Shown one piece after another: positions 35,979 to 46,653 of a DNA stretch of 57,373 nucleotides. The stretch is from a virus (lineage: Duplodnaviria > Caudoviricetes): positions 1 through 57,373 of IMG/VR virus record IMGVR_UViG_3300027708_000084; one strand, written 5' to 3'. A program made the position numbers and the translations under genes. Each line of letters begins with the position of its first letter. Within the stretch, counting starts at the first letter, position 1. The notes below the pieces were generated by a model, which was not told the origin of the DNA, searched no databases, and saw only the letters and a list, made by a program, of their open reading frames with translations.

Positions 35979-37288
35979 TGGCTAAGGCTATAATATCTAA
36001 TCGTATATACATGGATAATCCAGGTGTAGAAGAAACCAAAGCCATACTTAAAGCATTAACTTATAAAATTAACAAAGATACTGGGTCTAAGAAATTTTCC
36101 ACAGTAGAAACAATTAAAAATTATAGGTTACTACCACGCGGTATTTTATCTATTCCACAGGGCAGACATGATTTAATTCCCACAGAGTATGAAATTACAG
36201 ATAAAAGAATTTTTGTACCAGCTCCTTTTCCAAACCCAAAATTCCCGCTTAGACCAGAACAGCAAATTGTTTTTGACGAAATTTCAGACACAGTTTTTAT
36301 CAATGCTCTTGTTGGATGGGGAAAGACTTTTACAGCCCTACACCTTGCACACAAGTTTGGGCAAAAAACCTTGGTTATTACCCACACCGCAGCCCTCAGA
36401 GATCAGTGGGCAGAAGAAGTTGAAGTTTTATTTGGACATAAACCTGGAATCATTGGCGGTGGACAAGTTGACCACGAAGACCACTTTATAACAGTTGCCA
36501 ATATTCAAACACTAGTCAAATACACTAGTCAACTTGCCAAAGAGTTTGGTACTATTATCTTGGATGAAGCCCACCACTGTCCTGCCACTACATTTGCATC
36601 AACTATTGACTGTTTTCATGCCAGATATAGAATTGCGCTAAGTGGCACAATGATTCGCAAAGATCAAAAACACATTGTATTTCGCGACTATTTTGGAGAT
36701 CATGTAGTTAAACCACCTCAATCTAATACTCTTACTCCTCAGGTTAAGATTATAAAACCAGGAATTATATTAAAACCCAACGCTACTTGGGTAGAAAAAA
36801 TCAATTATCTTACGCAAGACGACGACTATCGCCGCTTTATTGCAAGTATTGCATTAACTCAAATGGCTGCAGGACACAGAGTATTAGTAATTGCAGATCG
36901 TGTAGAATTCTTAGAAAAGGTTTCAGAATATGTTGGTGACGAAAGTGTGTTGGTTGTTGGTGGGTCAGAAAGTCAAGAACGACAGCTTGCCAAACGACAG
37001 CTTGCCAAAGAACAATTACTTAGTGGAGAAAAGAAGTGTGTTTGCGGCTCAAGACAAATATTCTCAGAAGGCATATCTATTAACTCGTTGTCCTGCGTTA
37101 TTTTAGCAGTTCCTATGAGCAATGATAGTCTACTAGAACAAATTGTAGGGCGAATACAGCGTATTCATGAAGAAAAACTTACACCTTTAGTAATAGACAT
37201 AAATTTTTCTGGATATGCTGACAAGAAGCAAAATAATGATAGGTTAGGTCTTTATATGCGTAAAGGTTGGGAAATCATTACAGTTTGA
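35978..37288 (+). CDS. SF2 helicase (T5 D10 / UvsW-like)
   Basis: GWGKT, DEAH, SGT, Q.VGR..R. Confidence 0.9.
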   Translation: MAKAIISNRIYMDNPGVEETKAILKALTYKINKDTGSKKFSTVETIKNYRLLPRGILSIPQGRHDLIPTEYEITDKRIFVPAPFPNPKFPLRPEQQIVFDEISDTVFINALVGWGKTFTALHLAHKFGQKTLVITHTAALRDQWAEEVEVLFGHKPGIIGGGQVDHEDHFITVANIQTLVKYTSQLAKEFGTIILDEAHHCPATTFASTIDCFHARYRIALSGTMIRKDQKHIVFRDYFGDHVVKPPQSNTLTPQVKIIKPGIILKPNATWVEKINYLTQDDDYRRFIASIALTQMAAGHRVLVIADRVEFLEKVSEYVGDESVLVVGGSESQERQLAKRQLAKEQLLSGEKKCVCGSRQIFSEGISINSLSCVILAVPMSNDSLLEQIVGRIQRIHEEKLTPLVIDINFSGYADKKQNNDRLGLYMRKGWEIITV

Positions 37289-37351
37289 TGAAAAATTCAC
37301 TTGTCTAGAAATCCTTAAAGTGGTATAATATTATCTAGAGAATAGCACACA

Positions 37352-37753
37352 ATGACTACTCTATTTTTCAACATATTAGTCCTGGAACAAGAAACTAATT
37401 GTAACCCAGACTATATGATGCGAGCTCTTTATTTTTATTGGCAAAATAAAACATTACCTAAAACAAAATATAGTGTTTATAAACCCATTACAAAATCATT
37501 AGCTGGCAGTAGTTTTCTACTAAATCCAAAAGACTTTTTTAAAGATAAAACTACAGATATTCGGTATTTAGCTCAATATCTAAGATTATGTGGTCGCAGA
37601 GACTATCAATTATATAAACTACAACACATTAAATACTTAGATCTGAGCTACTTTACTGATTTAAACTTAAATGCATTGGATACTAATCCATTGCTAGAAA
37701 TAACAAACGAACAAATAAAATTCAAATACGAGGAATTAACAAATGGCAATTAG
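37352..37753 (+). CDS. hypothetical protein
   Basis: Own promoter at 37301-37329; T5-like position. Confidence 0.7.
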   Translation: MTTLFFNILVLEQETNCNPDYMMRALYFYWQNKTLPKTKYSVYKPITKSLAGSSFLLNPKDFFKDKTTDIRYLAQYLRLCGRRDYQLYKLQHIKYLDLSYFTDLNLNALDTNPLLEITNEQIKFKYEELTNGN

Positions 37754-38384
37754 CTTTAAAAATACTAAAGGCAAAGCACAATCAAATAAGGTTGAAGCCT
37801 TTGAGTACAAAGACGGAGAAAATTCAGTACGATTAATTGGTGGTATTCTTCCACGATATATTTACTGGTTAAAAGGCACTAACAACAAAGATATTCCTAT
37901 TGAGTGCTTGGCATTTAGCCGTGAAAAAGAAAAGTTTGATAATCTTGAAAAAGATCATGTTCAAGAGTTCTATCCCGAAGCTAAATGTGCTTGGAGTTAT
38001 TCAATTAATTGCATTGACCCAAAAGATGGTAAAGTCAAAGCTCTTAACTTAAAGAAAAAATTATTTGAGCAAATTATGGCAGCCGCAGAAGACTTGGGTG
38101 ATCCTACCGATTTTGATACAGGTTGGGATGTAGTGTTTAAACGCACTAAAACAGGTCCACTAGCGTTTAACGTTGAATATCAACTACAAGTTTTGCGCTG
38201 CAAACCACGTAAACTTTCAGAAGCAGAACGTGAATTAGCTAATGCTGAAAAAACAATTGATGAAAAATATCCACGTCCTACAGAAGCTGAAGTGCTAGCA
38301 TTACTGCAAAAAATTAGTTCTGGTACTGACGATGAAGGTCAATCAGAGTCTGAAAAAGAAGCAGTAAAAGACTTAGTAGAATAA
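37743..38384 (+). CDS. T5 D11-like ssDNA-binding protein
   Basis: RY.YW, LKKKLFEQI, DPTD...GWD...KR; acidic tail; synteny. Confidence 0.75.
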   Translation: MAISFKNTKGKAQSNKVEAFEYKDGENSVRLIGGILPRYIYWLKGTNNKDIPIECLAFSREKEKFDNLEKDHVQEFYPEAKCAWSYSINCIDPKDGKVKALNLKKKLFEQIMAAAEDLGDPTDFDTGWDVVFKRTKTGPLAFNVEYQLQVLRCKPRKLSEAERELANAEKTIDEKYPRPTEAEVLALLQKISSGTDDEGQSESEKEAVKDLVE

Positions 38385-38391
38385 ATAACAC

Positions 38392-38426
38392 AGGCCTGGT
38401 AAACTTATAGCTTACCAGGCTTTTTT
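38392..38426 (+). terminator. intrinsic terminator
   Basis: GCCTGGTAA/TTACCAGGC stem plus T6. Confidence 0.7.
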
Positions 38427-38439
38427 GTCTAAAAAAATA

Positions 38440-39393
38440 ATGAAAATACTTTTCACAGCAGATGTTCACATAAAATTAGGGCAAAAGAACGTACCTATAG
38501 AGTGGGCAAAAAATCGATTTAATATGCTTTGGGAACAACTCAAACAACAACAAAAACAATGCGACTTATTTGTTGTAGGTGGTGACATATTTGATAAATT
38601 ACCTAATATGGAAGAACTAGAAACTTACTTTGATTTCGTTTCTAGTTGTCAAGTGGAAACTATAATTTATCCAGGTAATCATGAAGCCGTTAAAAAAGAC
38701 ACAACTTTTTTATCAAATTTAAAAATTGTAACAAGTCGCCTTAATCCTTTAGTTAGAATTGTAGATGACTTTTATACGTATAAAGGCGTTGATTTCGTTC
38801 CCTACAATAAACTAAAAGAACTTGAAAAAACGGAATTTAGTTTTGCCAAAAAAGTTTTGTGTACCCACGTAAGGGGAGAAATTCCTCCTCATGTTAAACC
38901 TGAGATTGATCTTGATGTATTCAATAAATGGGAAGTGGTACTCGCTGGCGATCTACATTCTTATGATAATTGTCAGCGTAATATCTTATATCCTGGAAGT
39001 CCTATTACTACCAGTTTTCACCGTAATTTAGTAGATACTGGTACTATACTGTTTGATACAGATAGCACAGAACATCAATGGTTAAAATTAGAATTGCCAC
39101 AATTAATTCGTAAAACTGTTGGTGTACATGATGAAAAGCCTGCTACTCAATTTCATCATACAATGTATGAAATTGAAGGCGATATGCAAGAATTAGCAGA
39201 GTTAGAAAACTCTGATTTAATAGATAAAAAAGTTATAAAACGAGCCACAGAGTCTGCCTTAATCCTAGACCCTACTATGAGCTTATCGGAAGAAGTTTCC
39301 GAATATTTAACATTTATTTTACAACTACCACAACCAACAGTAGAAAACGTACTAAAGGAAATGCAAAATTATGCAGACAAATTCGAACAATAA
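38440..39393 (+). CDS. recombination nuclease D12 (SbcD/Mre11-like)
   Basis: ADVH, GDIFD, GNHE, GDLH, YPGSP. Confidence 0.9.
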   Translation: MKILFTADVHIKLGQKNVPIEWAKNRFNMLWEQLKQQQKQCDLFVVGGDIFDKLPNMEELETYFDFVSSCQVETIIYPGNHEAVKKDTTFLSNLKIVTSRLNPLVRIVDDFYTYKGVDFVPYNKLKELEKTEFSFAKKVLCTHVRGEIPPHVKPEIDLDVFNKWEVVLAGDLHSYDNCQRNILYPGSPITTSFHRNLVDTGTILFDTDSTEHQWLKLELPQLIRKTVGVHDEKPATQFHHTMYEIEGDMQELAELENSDLIDKKVIKRATESALILDPTMSLSEEVSEYLTFILQLPQPTVENVLKEMQNYADKFEQ

Positions 39394-39616
39394 TCTTACA
39401 GTAGAACTATGGTCACAGCCCAACTGCCCTGCCTGTGAACAAGCAAAAAATTTACTAGTTTCTAGGGGCATAGCATATCAAGTAAAAATGCTAAATGTAG
39501 ATATTACCAAAGAAGAGTTTTATGCTCGTTTGCCCGATGCACGCTCAGTACCGCAAGTATTTATTAATAACGAACATATTGGCGGATTAGCAGAACTAAC
39601 AAATGCATTAAGATGA
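39371..39616 (+). CDS. glutaredoxin
   Basis: CPAC, SVPQVF, HIGG. Confidence 0.88.
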   Translation: MQTNSNNNLTVELWSQPNCPACEQAKNLLVSRGIAYQVKMLNVDITKEEFYARLPDARSVPQVFINNEHIGGLAELTNALR

Positions 39617-41451
39617 TTACATTAAAAACATTACGATGGTCTAATGCTTTTAGTTATGGCAAAGATAATAGTGTATGTTTTATTAGTGGCCCACTAACCC
39701 AATTGGTTGGAAAAAACGGTCACGGTAAATCTAGTATTGCTTTAATCCTAGAAGAAGTACTGTTTAATAAAAATAGCAAAGGCATTAAAAAAGCCGACAT
39801 ACTTAATCGTTATACCAAAGATAAAAGTTATACAATAGAATTAGACTTTGAAAAAGACGGAGTAGACTATCAAATTAAAACTACTCGTGGTACTACGCAA
39901 GCCGTAAAATTATTTAAATTTAACAACGATATTTCAGCACACACAGCCACAGCAACTTACAAGATGATTGAAGACATTATAGGTTTTGATCATAAAACGT
40001 TTGCACAAATTGTGTATCAATCAAATGCCAGTAGTTTAGAATTTTTAACTGCGCCAGACACGGCTAGAAAAAAGTTCCTTATAGAATTACTTAACCTAGG
40101 CAAGTATACCAAAGCGCAAGAAATATTCAAAGAAGTAGCCAGTAACCTTAACAAAGATATAGTTGCTGTTGACACACAAGTAAAAACAATAAGTAGTTGG
40201 CTAGACAAGTACAGTAGTACTAACTTAACACAAAAAACAATAATAGAAGTACCAGTATTAGATGAAACATTAATTGCCGAGCAAGCTAATATTGAAAACA
40301 AATTAAAAACTCTAGAACAAACCAATAAAAAAATTACTGCAAATAATACTTATAAACAAATACAAAACAATTTAAAAGTATTTCCAATACCAGATAAACC
40401 TGACTCTGTAGATAGCACACTAAAAGTTAGTGCTGAGGAAGCTAATACTGAACAAATAGAATTAAATAAAACTATCAGAGATTCTCAAACTTTTGTAACA
40501 AAAATGAATGGATTATCTGGTACTTGTCCTACTTGTTTACAAACTATTGATGAATCTAAAATTGCAAGTTTATTAGCAGAACAAGAAGATTTGCAACAAA
40601 AAGCTAAAATTAGAAAGCAAGAAGCTGATAAAATTATATCAGAGTATAGTACTCAACAAACAAAATATAAAAATCAACTTTTTGATTATGATAAAGCTAT
40701 AAAAGCCAAAGAAGAATGGGAGAAGTATCATTCTTTGATTGATACAGAATTATCAGAAGATTTATTAGACAAGAATGAACTTGAATCTAAGTTTACAGCA
40801 CTTCAAATTGCAGTAACTAATATTAAAACTGCTATTACCCAAGCAGAAAAAAATAACCGTGAAGCAGAAGCGCATAATACTAAAACTGAAATTATTTCTA
40901 AGCAGTTAATAGAAATGGGCGAAGAATTAGAAAAATATTCTGGTACTTTACATGAGCTATCTGAAAAGATGGGTATTATAAATATTCTTAATAAAACATT
41001 TTCAACAACAGGTTTAGTTGCCTACAAAATTGAGTGTTTGGTCAAAGATCTAGAAGAATTAACCAATCAGTACTTGGTAGACTTAAGTGATGGTAGATTT
41101 CAAATAGCTTTTCGTATTAGTGCCAGTGATAAATTAAATGTAGTTATCACTGACAACGGCAAAGATATTGATATTCTTGCACTTAGCGGAGGAGAACGTG
41201 CTAGAGTAAATGTAGCTACACTACTGGCTATTCGCAAATTAATGCAATCTCTGTCAAGTTCTAGAATTAACTTATTAATTCTAGATGAAACTGTAGAAAC
41301 ACTAGATGTTGATGGAAAAGAAAAATTAGTAGAAGTTTTATTAACCGAAGAGTACTTAAATACTTTTATTGTATCTCACGGATTTACTCATCCTCTACTA
41401 GAAAAAATAAATGTTATTAAGAAAAATAATATTTCACAAATAGAGGCATAG
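39613..41451 (+). CDS. recombination ATPase D13 (SbcC/Rad50-like)
   Basis: GKNGHGKS, CPTC hook, LSGGE, LILDE. Confidence 0.92.
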   Translation: MITLKTLRWSNAFSYGKDNSVCFISGPLTQLVGKNGHGKSSIALILEEVLFNKNSKGIKKADILNRYTKDKSYTIELDFEKDGVDYQIKTTRGTTQAVKLFKFNNDISAHTATATYKMIEDIIGFDHKTFAQIVYQSNASSLEFLTAPDTARKKFLIELLNLGKYTKAQEIFKEVASNLNKDIVAVDTQVKTISSWLDKYSSTNLTQKTIIEVPVLDETLIAEQANIENKLKTLEQTNKKITANNTYKQIQNNLKVFPIPDKPDSVDSTLKVSAEEANTEQIELNKTIRDSQTFVTKMNGLSGTCPTCLQTIDESKIASLLAEQEDLQQKAKIRKQEADKIISEYSTQQTKYKNQLFDYDKAIKAKEEWEKYHSLIDTELSEDLLDKNELESKFTALQIAVTNIKTAITQAEKNNREAEAHNTKTEIISKQLIEMGEELEKYSGTLHELSEKMGIINILNKTFSTTGLVAYKIECLVKDLEELTNQYLVDLSDGRFQIAFRISASDKLNVVITDNGKDIDILALSGGERARVNVATLLAIRKLMQSLSSSRINLLILDETVETLDVDGKEKLVEVLLTEEYLNTFIVSHGFTHPLLEKINVIKKNNISQIEA

Positions 41452-41452
41452 T

Positions 41453-41911
41453 ATGACAGTTGATCCAAGAGCCAAAGGTGCTAGAACCGAAACAACAGTG
41501 CGAGATTTACTTCGAAAGCACACAAATTTAAATTGGGAAAAAATACCTGGATCTGGGGCGCTTGACCCTAAACATCAGCTTAAAGGCGATTTATATGTAC
41601 CTGGGCGCACTAACTTGTGGTGTACTGAAGTAAAAGGGTATGCTAAGGATCACCTTACCAGCAATATTTTAACTGGTAAGAGCCCTCAGTTAATAGAATT
41701 TTGGAAACAAGCTATTCGTCAAGGTGAGCAAGTAGGCAAAAAACCTTTGCTAATATTTAAATACGATCGCAGCAAGGTATTTGTAGCCTTTAAAGAAATG
41801 CCTACAGATAATGAGTACAGATACGTATTTGTAAATTGTGATCAGCATGAATTCTATATAGCACTCTTAGAAGACTGGTTAACACATGAGCAACCAGAAT
41901 TTGTCACTTGA
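41453..41911 (+). CDS. T5 D14-like Holliday junction resolvase
   Basis: KG.R.E, GD, EVK PD-(D/E)xK motif; synteny. Confidence 0.8.
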   Translation: MTVDPRAKGARTETTVRDLLRKHTNLNWEKIPGSGALDPKHQLKGDLYVPGRTNLWCTEVKGYAKDHLTSNILTGKSPQLIEFWKQAIRQGEQVGKKPLLIFKYDRSKVFVAFKEMPTDNEYRYVFVNCDQHEFYIALLEDWLTHEQPEFVT

Positions 41912-41965
41912 ATTTTCTAGTAAAATATTGTATAATTATGTCTTAAATCACAGAAAAGAACGCAA

Positions 41966-42811
41966 ATGAAATCATTTCAAGAAATTAACCAAGACAATAA
42001 TACATTACTTATTGTAGATTCACTAAACTTAGCCTTTCGCTATAAACACAGTGGCGCTACAGATTTTGCTGAAGACTACTTACGCACAGTAAATAGCTTA
42101 AAGAAAAGCTATAAAGCATCACACGTTATTATAGCTTGCGATCAAGGTTCTAGTACTTATAGAAAAGCACTGTACCCAGAGTATAAACAAAATCGCAAAG
42201 ATAAACAAGCCGAACAAACTGATGCGGAAAACGCAGCTTTTGAGTTATTCTTCGAAGACTTCTTGGCTACACTCGAACACATTAAAACAAACACAGACTA
42301 TCCTATTATTAAGTTTCAAGGTGTAGAAGCAGACGATATAGCAGCATATATTGTTTCAAAGAAAAAAACACTTCCTTTTGACGAGATATGGCTAGTGTCC
42401 TCAGACAAAGACTGGGATTTACTGGTTCAGCCCAAAGTATCAAGATTTAGCTATGTTACCAGAAAGGAAGTTACCCATGAAAATTGGGAAAATCACTATG
42501 AGTGGTCTCAAGAAGAATATATTAGTATTAAGTGTCTTATGGGGGATACTGGAGACAATATTTTTGGTGTACCTAGTGTGGGGCCAAAACGAGCCACTAG
42601 CTTGGTTAAAGAATTTGGATCTACCTGGGACATTATTGCAAGTATTCCCTTAAGTGGCAAGTACAAGTATATTCAAGAGCTAAATAAGTGCAAAGACCAA
42701 CTAGTGGTAAACTACCAGTTAATGGATTTAGTTACGCACTGTGAAGAAGCAGTTGGCACAGAAAATTGTAAAACAATAGATGAAATTTTGGAAAAGTATA
42801 TAAATGAGTAA
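41966..42811 (+). CDS. 5'-3' flap endonuclease (T5 D15)
   Basis: YK.NR, EADD, DKD, GD..DN..GV..VG.K; promoter at 41908-41936. Confidence 0.92.
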   Translation: MKSFQEINQDNNTLLIVDSLNLAFRYKHSGATDFAEDYLRTVNSLKKSYKASHVIIACDQGSSTYRKALYPEYKQNRKDKQAEQTDAENAAFELFFEDFLATLEHIKTNTDYPIIKFQGVEADDIAAYIVSKKKTLPFDEIWLVSSDKDWDLLVQPKVSRFSYVTRKEVTHENWENHYEWSQEEYISIKCLMGDTGDNIFGVPSVGPKRATSLVKEFGSTWDIIASIPLSGKYKYIQELNKCKDQLVVNYQLMDLVTHCEEAVGTENCKTIDEILEKYINE

Positions 42812-43280
42812 TTTTATAAATATTAATCAAAACTACGACCACAGCCGTGGAGTAGCCATAAAACAAGTAATTGAGTGTCTAGTAGAAGACAAAACATTTT
42901 TACCAAAACGTGCTAATCCCACAGATGCTGGTGCAGATTTAATGAGCACTGAAGCTTGTGAGATTTATCCCAACGAACAAAAAATGATTGATACAGGAGT
43001 AGCGGTAAAAATTCCAGAAGGCTACGCAGGCTTTGTTTTTAACAGAAGCAGTCAGGGAAAAAAGGGAATTACTATCCCTCACTCAGTAGGCGTTATTGAC
43101 AGCGACTATCGTGGAAACATAAAAATAATTTTAAAAAACACCAGCGAAGATCGCTATGAAATTAAAGTAGGCGACAGAATTGCACAACTGGTAATTTTAC
43201 CAGTTTTATTGCCTGCATTTGTAGATGCATGGAATGATACGGAACGCGGTACTGGCGGATTTGGCAGTACTGGTAAATAA
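42804..43280 (+). CDS. dut: dUTPase (trimeric)
   Basis: AGADL, RSS, GVIDSDYRG, RIAQL, RG.GGFGSTG. Confidence 0.95.
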   Translation: MSNFININQNYDHSRGVAIKQVIECLVEDKTFLPKRANPTDAGADLMSTEACEIYPNEQKMIDTGVAVKIPEGYAGFVFNRSSQGKKGITIPHSVGVIDSDYRGNIKIILKNTSEDRYEIKVGDRIAQLVILPVLLPAFVDAWNDTERGTGGFGSTGK

Positions 43281-43289
43281 AGGATAAAG

Positions 43290-45254
43290 ATGACAATAAG
43301 CACAAGAGCTCAAGTAATTACACGCAGAACATATAATAGGCCTACAAGCGATGATGGTCAAGAGTTTGAAACGTGGCAAGAAACAGTTGCCAGAGTTATT
43401 GACCATCAAGAGTGGTTGTGGCAACGAGCAGCAAAACGTGAATTAAATGACCTAGAATACGCAGAACTTTACGACCTTGAGCAACTTATGCTAGATCGCA
43501 AAGTATTAATGAGTGGTCGTACGCTTTGGTTGGGCGGTACAAACGTAGCCAAAACACGTGAAGCATCACAATTTAATTGTAGTTTTACAAATGTAGAAAC
43601 AGTGTATGATGTAGTAGACGTGTTATGGTTGCTATTACAAGGTTGTGGCGTAGGTTTCAAACCAATTGTTGGTACATTAAATGGTTTTTCAAAACCTATT
43701 AAAAATATTCGCACAATTAGATCTACTCGTACTGCCAAAGGTGGTAATGAGCACAACACAGAAACTTGGGATGCAGAAACAGCTACTTGGACACTGCAAA
43801 TTGGTGATAGTGCAGAAGCTTGGGCCAAGTCTATCGGCAAGTTGTTAGCAGGTAAATACCCAGCAAATACACTGGTATTAGATTTTTCACAATTACGCCC
43901 CGCAGGGGAAAGGTTAAAAGGTTATGGTTGGATTTCTTCGGGCGATAGCGCAATTAGTACTGCTTATCTTGCTATCGCCAATATACTTAATGGCCGTGCT
44001 GATAGTTTACTGTCTAGGATGGATATTTTGGACATTGTTAATCATCTTGGCACTATTTTATCCAGTCGCCGCAGTGCTGAAATTGCCCTTTTTGACTACG
44101 GACAACCAGAATGGGAAGAATTTGCCGTAGCTAAAAAAGACTGGTGGTTACATAATAATGCACACCGCACACAGTCAAACAACAGTTTAGTATTCAAAGA
44201 AAAACCGTTGCGTTCAGATTTAGAACGCATTTTTTCAATGATGCAAGAAGCTGGTGGAAGCGAACCAGGATTTATAAATGAAGTTGAAGCCTTACGACGT
44301 GCCCCTTGGTTTAAAGGAGCAAATCCCTGTGTAGAAATCTTACTTGGAAATAAAAGTTTCTGTAACCTTACCGAAACTGACATTGCCAAGTTTAAAGGAG
44401 ACACCGCTGGTTTGCACAGTGCAATTAGATTAGCTGCTCGTGCAAACTACCGACAAACTTGTGTTAATCTTCAAGACGGAATACTACAAGAAGCTTGGCA
44501 CTTAAACAACTACTTTATGCGATTATGTGGTGTAGGTTTAACAGGTATTGCAATGCGACCAGACATGGGCAGTTATGATTACGAATACCTAAAGCGCACA
44601 GCAACAGGTGCTGCTATTGGCATGGCTCAAGAACTAGGATTGCCTAGTCCAAAAAATATTACTTGTGTTAAACCAAGTGGCACGCTAAGCAAAATCATGG
44701 ATACTACCGAAGGCGTACACAAGCCGCTGGGCAAGTATATTTTTAATAATGTGCAATTTTCAAAACATGATCCAGTAGTAGAAAAACTGCGTGAAGCAAA
44801 CTACAGAGTAATCAACCACCCTGTTGATGATTCAGGAGTGTTAGTAACTTTTCCAGTAGCTTGGGACGGTGTGCCTTTTGACAATGTTGCTGGCAAAGAA
44901 GTTAACTTAGAGTCAGCAGTAGTACAACTAGAACGATATAAATTGTTGCAAACTAGTTGGAATCAACAAAATACTAGTGTAACAATTAGTTATGATCCCA
45001 CTGAAGTACCAGCAATTATTGACTGGTTGTTAGTTAACTGGGATTGTTATGTAGGCGTTAGTTTTATCTATAGAACCGATCCTACTAAAACAGCAAAAGA
45101 TCTTGGTTACTTATACCTTCCACAAGAAGTCGTAACTCAACAAGATTATGAAGAATATGTAAAAACCCTATCAGTAGTTGATCTTAACAATACAAATAGT
45201 TTTGATGAGATCACAGATGCTGAATGTGCAACTGGAGCTTGTCCCGTAAAATGA
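43290..45254 (+). CDS. nrdJ: class II (B12-dependent) ribonucleoside-triphosphate reductase
   Basis: RTY.R, GR.LW, FNC, NPC.EI, KPSGT.S, C-terminal C..GACP. Confidence 0.9.
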   Translation: MTISTRAQVITRRTYNRPTSDDGQEFETWQETVARVIDHQEWLWQRAAKRELNDLEYAELYDLEQLMLDRKVLMSGRTLWLGGTNVAKTREASQFNCSFTNVETVYDVVDVLWLLLQGCGVGFKPIVGTLNGFSKPIKNIRTIRSTRTAKGGNEHNTETWDAETATWTLQIGDSAEAWAKSIGKLLAGKYPANTLVLDFSQLRPAGERLKGYGWISSGDSAISTAYLAIANILNGRADSLLSRMDILDIVNHLGTILSSRRSAEIALFDYGQPEWEEFAVAKKDWWLHNNAHRTQSNNSLVFKEKPLRSDLERIFSMMQEAGGSEPGFINEVEALRRAPWFKGANPCVEILLGNKSFCNLTETDIAKFKGDTAGLHSAIRLAARANYRQTCVNLQDGILQEAWHLNNYFMRLCGVGLTGIAMRPDMGSYDYEYLKRTATGAAIGMAQELGLPSPKNITCVKPSGTLSKIMDTTEGVHKPLGKYIFNNVQFSKHDPVVEKLREANYRVINHPVDDSGVLVTFPVAWDGVPFDNVAGKEVNLESAVVQLERYKLLQTSWNQQNTSVTISYDPTEVPAIIDWLLVNWDCYVGVSFIYRTDPTKTAKDLGYLYLPQEVVTQQDYEEYVKTLSVVDLNNTNSFDEITDAECATGACPVK

Positions 45255-45421
45255 ACGAAGAAGCAATATTTAATATAAGATTAACTTTAACTGAAGCTAA
45301 TACTATACTAGAAGCTTTACAAGAACTTCCAGCAAAGATCTGTAATCCTCTAGCTACAAGCATTAAGTCTCAAGCGGAACAACAGCTGCAAGAGATGAGT
45401 ATTAAACCAGAACAAGAATAA
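45251..45421 (+). CDS. hypothetical protein
   Basis: ATGA-type coupling; N.IL.AL.ELP motif. Confidence 0.6.
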   Translation: MNEEAIFNIRLTLTEANTILEALQELPAKICNPLATSIKSQAEQQLQEMSIKPEQE

Positions 45422-45436
45422 ATTTTATCCAAAAAG

Positions 45437-45470
45437 AAAAGCCCCGTAGATTTTGTCTACGGGGCTTTTT
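45437..45470 (+). terminator. intrinsic terminator
   Basis: AAAAGCCCCGTAGA/TCTACGGGGCTTTT. Confidence 0.8.
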
Positions 45471-45565
45471 GTTTGCGGAACATAATTAGCAACGTTTTAT
45501 TTATCCTGTTACTGGAATTAAAAAGTTGCTATACTATAATACTCCTGAAACCCTAAAAACTATCA

Positions 45566-45594
45566 TTGACTAGAAATAATATTTATGCTATAAT
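45566..45594 (+). promoter_or_regulatory. sigma70-like promoter
   Basis: TTGACT-N17-TATAAT. Confidence 0.7.
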
Positions 45595-45660
45595 TATCGC
45601 AAGTCGAAAAAATTTCGACTGCGCGTGATACGCAGTATCACTATATCCAAGGAGCTGTAA

Positions 45661-46647
45661 TTGGCAGACGATACAGTAGAAAGCGTACCAGTAGATAGTA
45701 CAACAACAGGAACTACAGCTGCACAAGCAGATGTAGAAAAAGCTGTTACTAATGATCTAGTGAGTGCGCTAAATCAGCAAGCTGATCAAGCTCGTAAATA
45801 CTACGAGAAATTAGCAAAACAAATTAAACAAGTTGCTAGTAATGCAACAACATCTTTAGGAGATAAAAATATGGCAGAAGTATTAAACCCAAGCGGAATG
45901 ATGATGGCTGGTGGTGGAGACGGCGGTTTAGGTTTTGGAAGTGGTGGCGGATTGATTGGCGGATTGATTTTAGGTAGTTTACTACGCAACGGTCAAGGCG
46001 GATTATTTGGCGGTGGAGAAAGTGGCGGTGCAGCAGCAGCACTACGTTCACCTCCAGAACAAGCAGCAGCCAATATGTCATTGATGCAATCAATTGGTCA
46101 AGTTGACAAAGCAGTGGCTGTAGGTCAAGCAGCAATGGAAGCTTCACAAGCTCAACAAACTATTGGTATTACCAATCAATTTAATGCTACAACAGGTAGT
46201 TTAGTTAATCGTATTGATGGCGTAAAAGATGCTGTTAATGCAAATGCAGTTGCAGTAATGCAACAACTAAATCAAGTTAACACAAATATGTTAGTTGGTT
46301 TTAATAACACAGAACGTGCTATTACGGCTGATGGTACTACTACTCGTGCATTGATTGTAAGTCAATACGAACAAACATTAAATCGTCAACTAACTGATGC
46401 AAATGCAGAAATTATTGAGCTACGTGGCGACAGTCGTCTACAAGCAGCTACTAACGGTATTAATGTTACTACTACAAATAATATTAATCAAATGCAGCAA
46501 CAAGCTCAGCAACAACAACAGTATGGCCAACTGGCTAATTTGATCTATGGTCTTGGTCAGTCAATTCGTTCAACTAATGAAGCAATCAATGTTGGAAGCG
46601 GCACACTAACTGCTAGCCCAGCTAATACTAATACTAACATTCGTTAA
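45661..46647 (+). CDS. Gly/Gln/Asn-rich coiled-coil protein with two in-frame starts
   Basis: TTG 45661 after AAGGAG; ATG 45871 after AGGAG; GGLIGGLILG segment. Confidence 0.75.
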   Translation: MADDTVESVPVDSTTTGTTAAQADVEKAVTNDLVSALNQQADQARKYYEKLAKQIKQVASNATTSLGDKNMAEVLNPSGMMMAGGGDGGLGFGSGGGLIGGLILGSLLRNGQGGLFGGGESGGAAAALRSPPEQAAANMSLMQSIGQVDKAVAVGQAAMEASQAQQTIGITNQFNATTGSLVNRIDGVKDAVNANAVAVMQQLNQVNTNMLVGFNNTERAITADGTTTRALIVSQYEQTLNRQLTDANAEIIELRGDSRLQAATNGINVTTTNNINQMQQQAQQQQQYGQLANLIYGLGQSIRSTNEAINVGSGTLTASPANTNTNIR

Positions 46648-46653
46648 TTAGTT

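Noticed and set aside
33197-45254. Introns or inteins in pol, helicase or RNR
   Set aside because: The ORFs are continuous, of ordinary length, and show no intein or homing-endonuclease motifs
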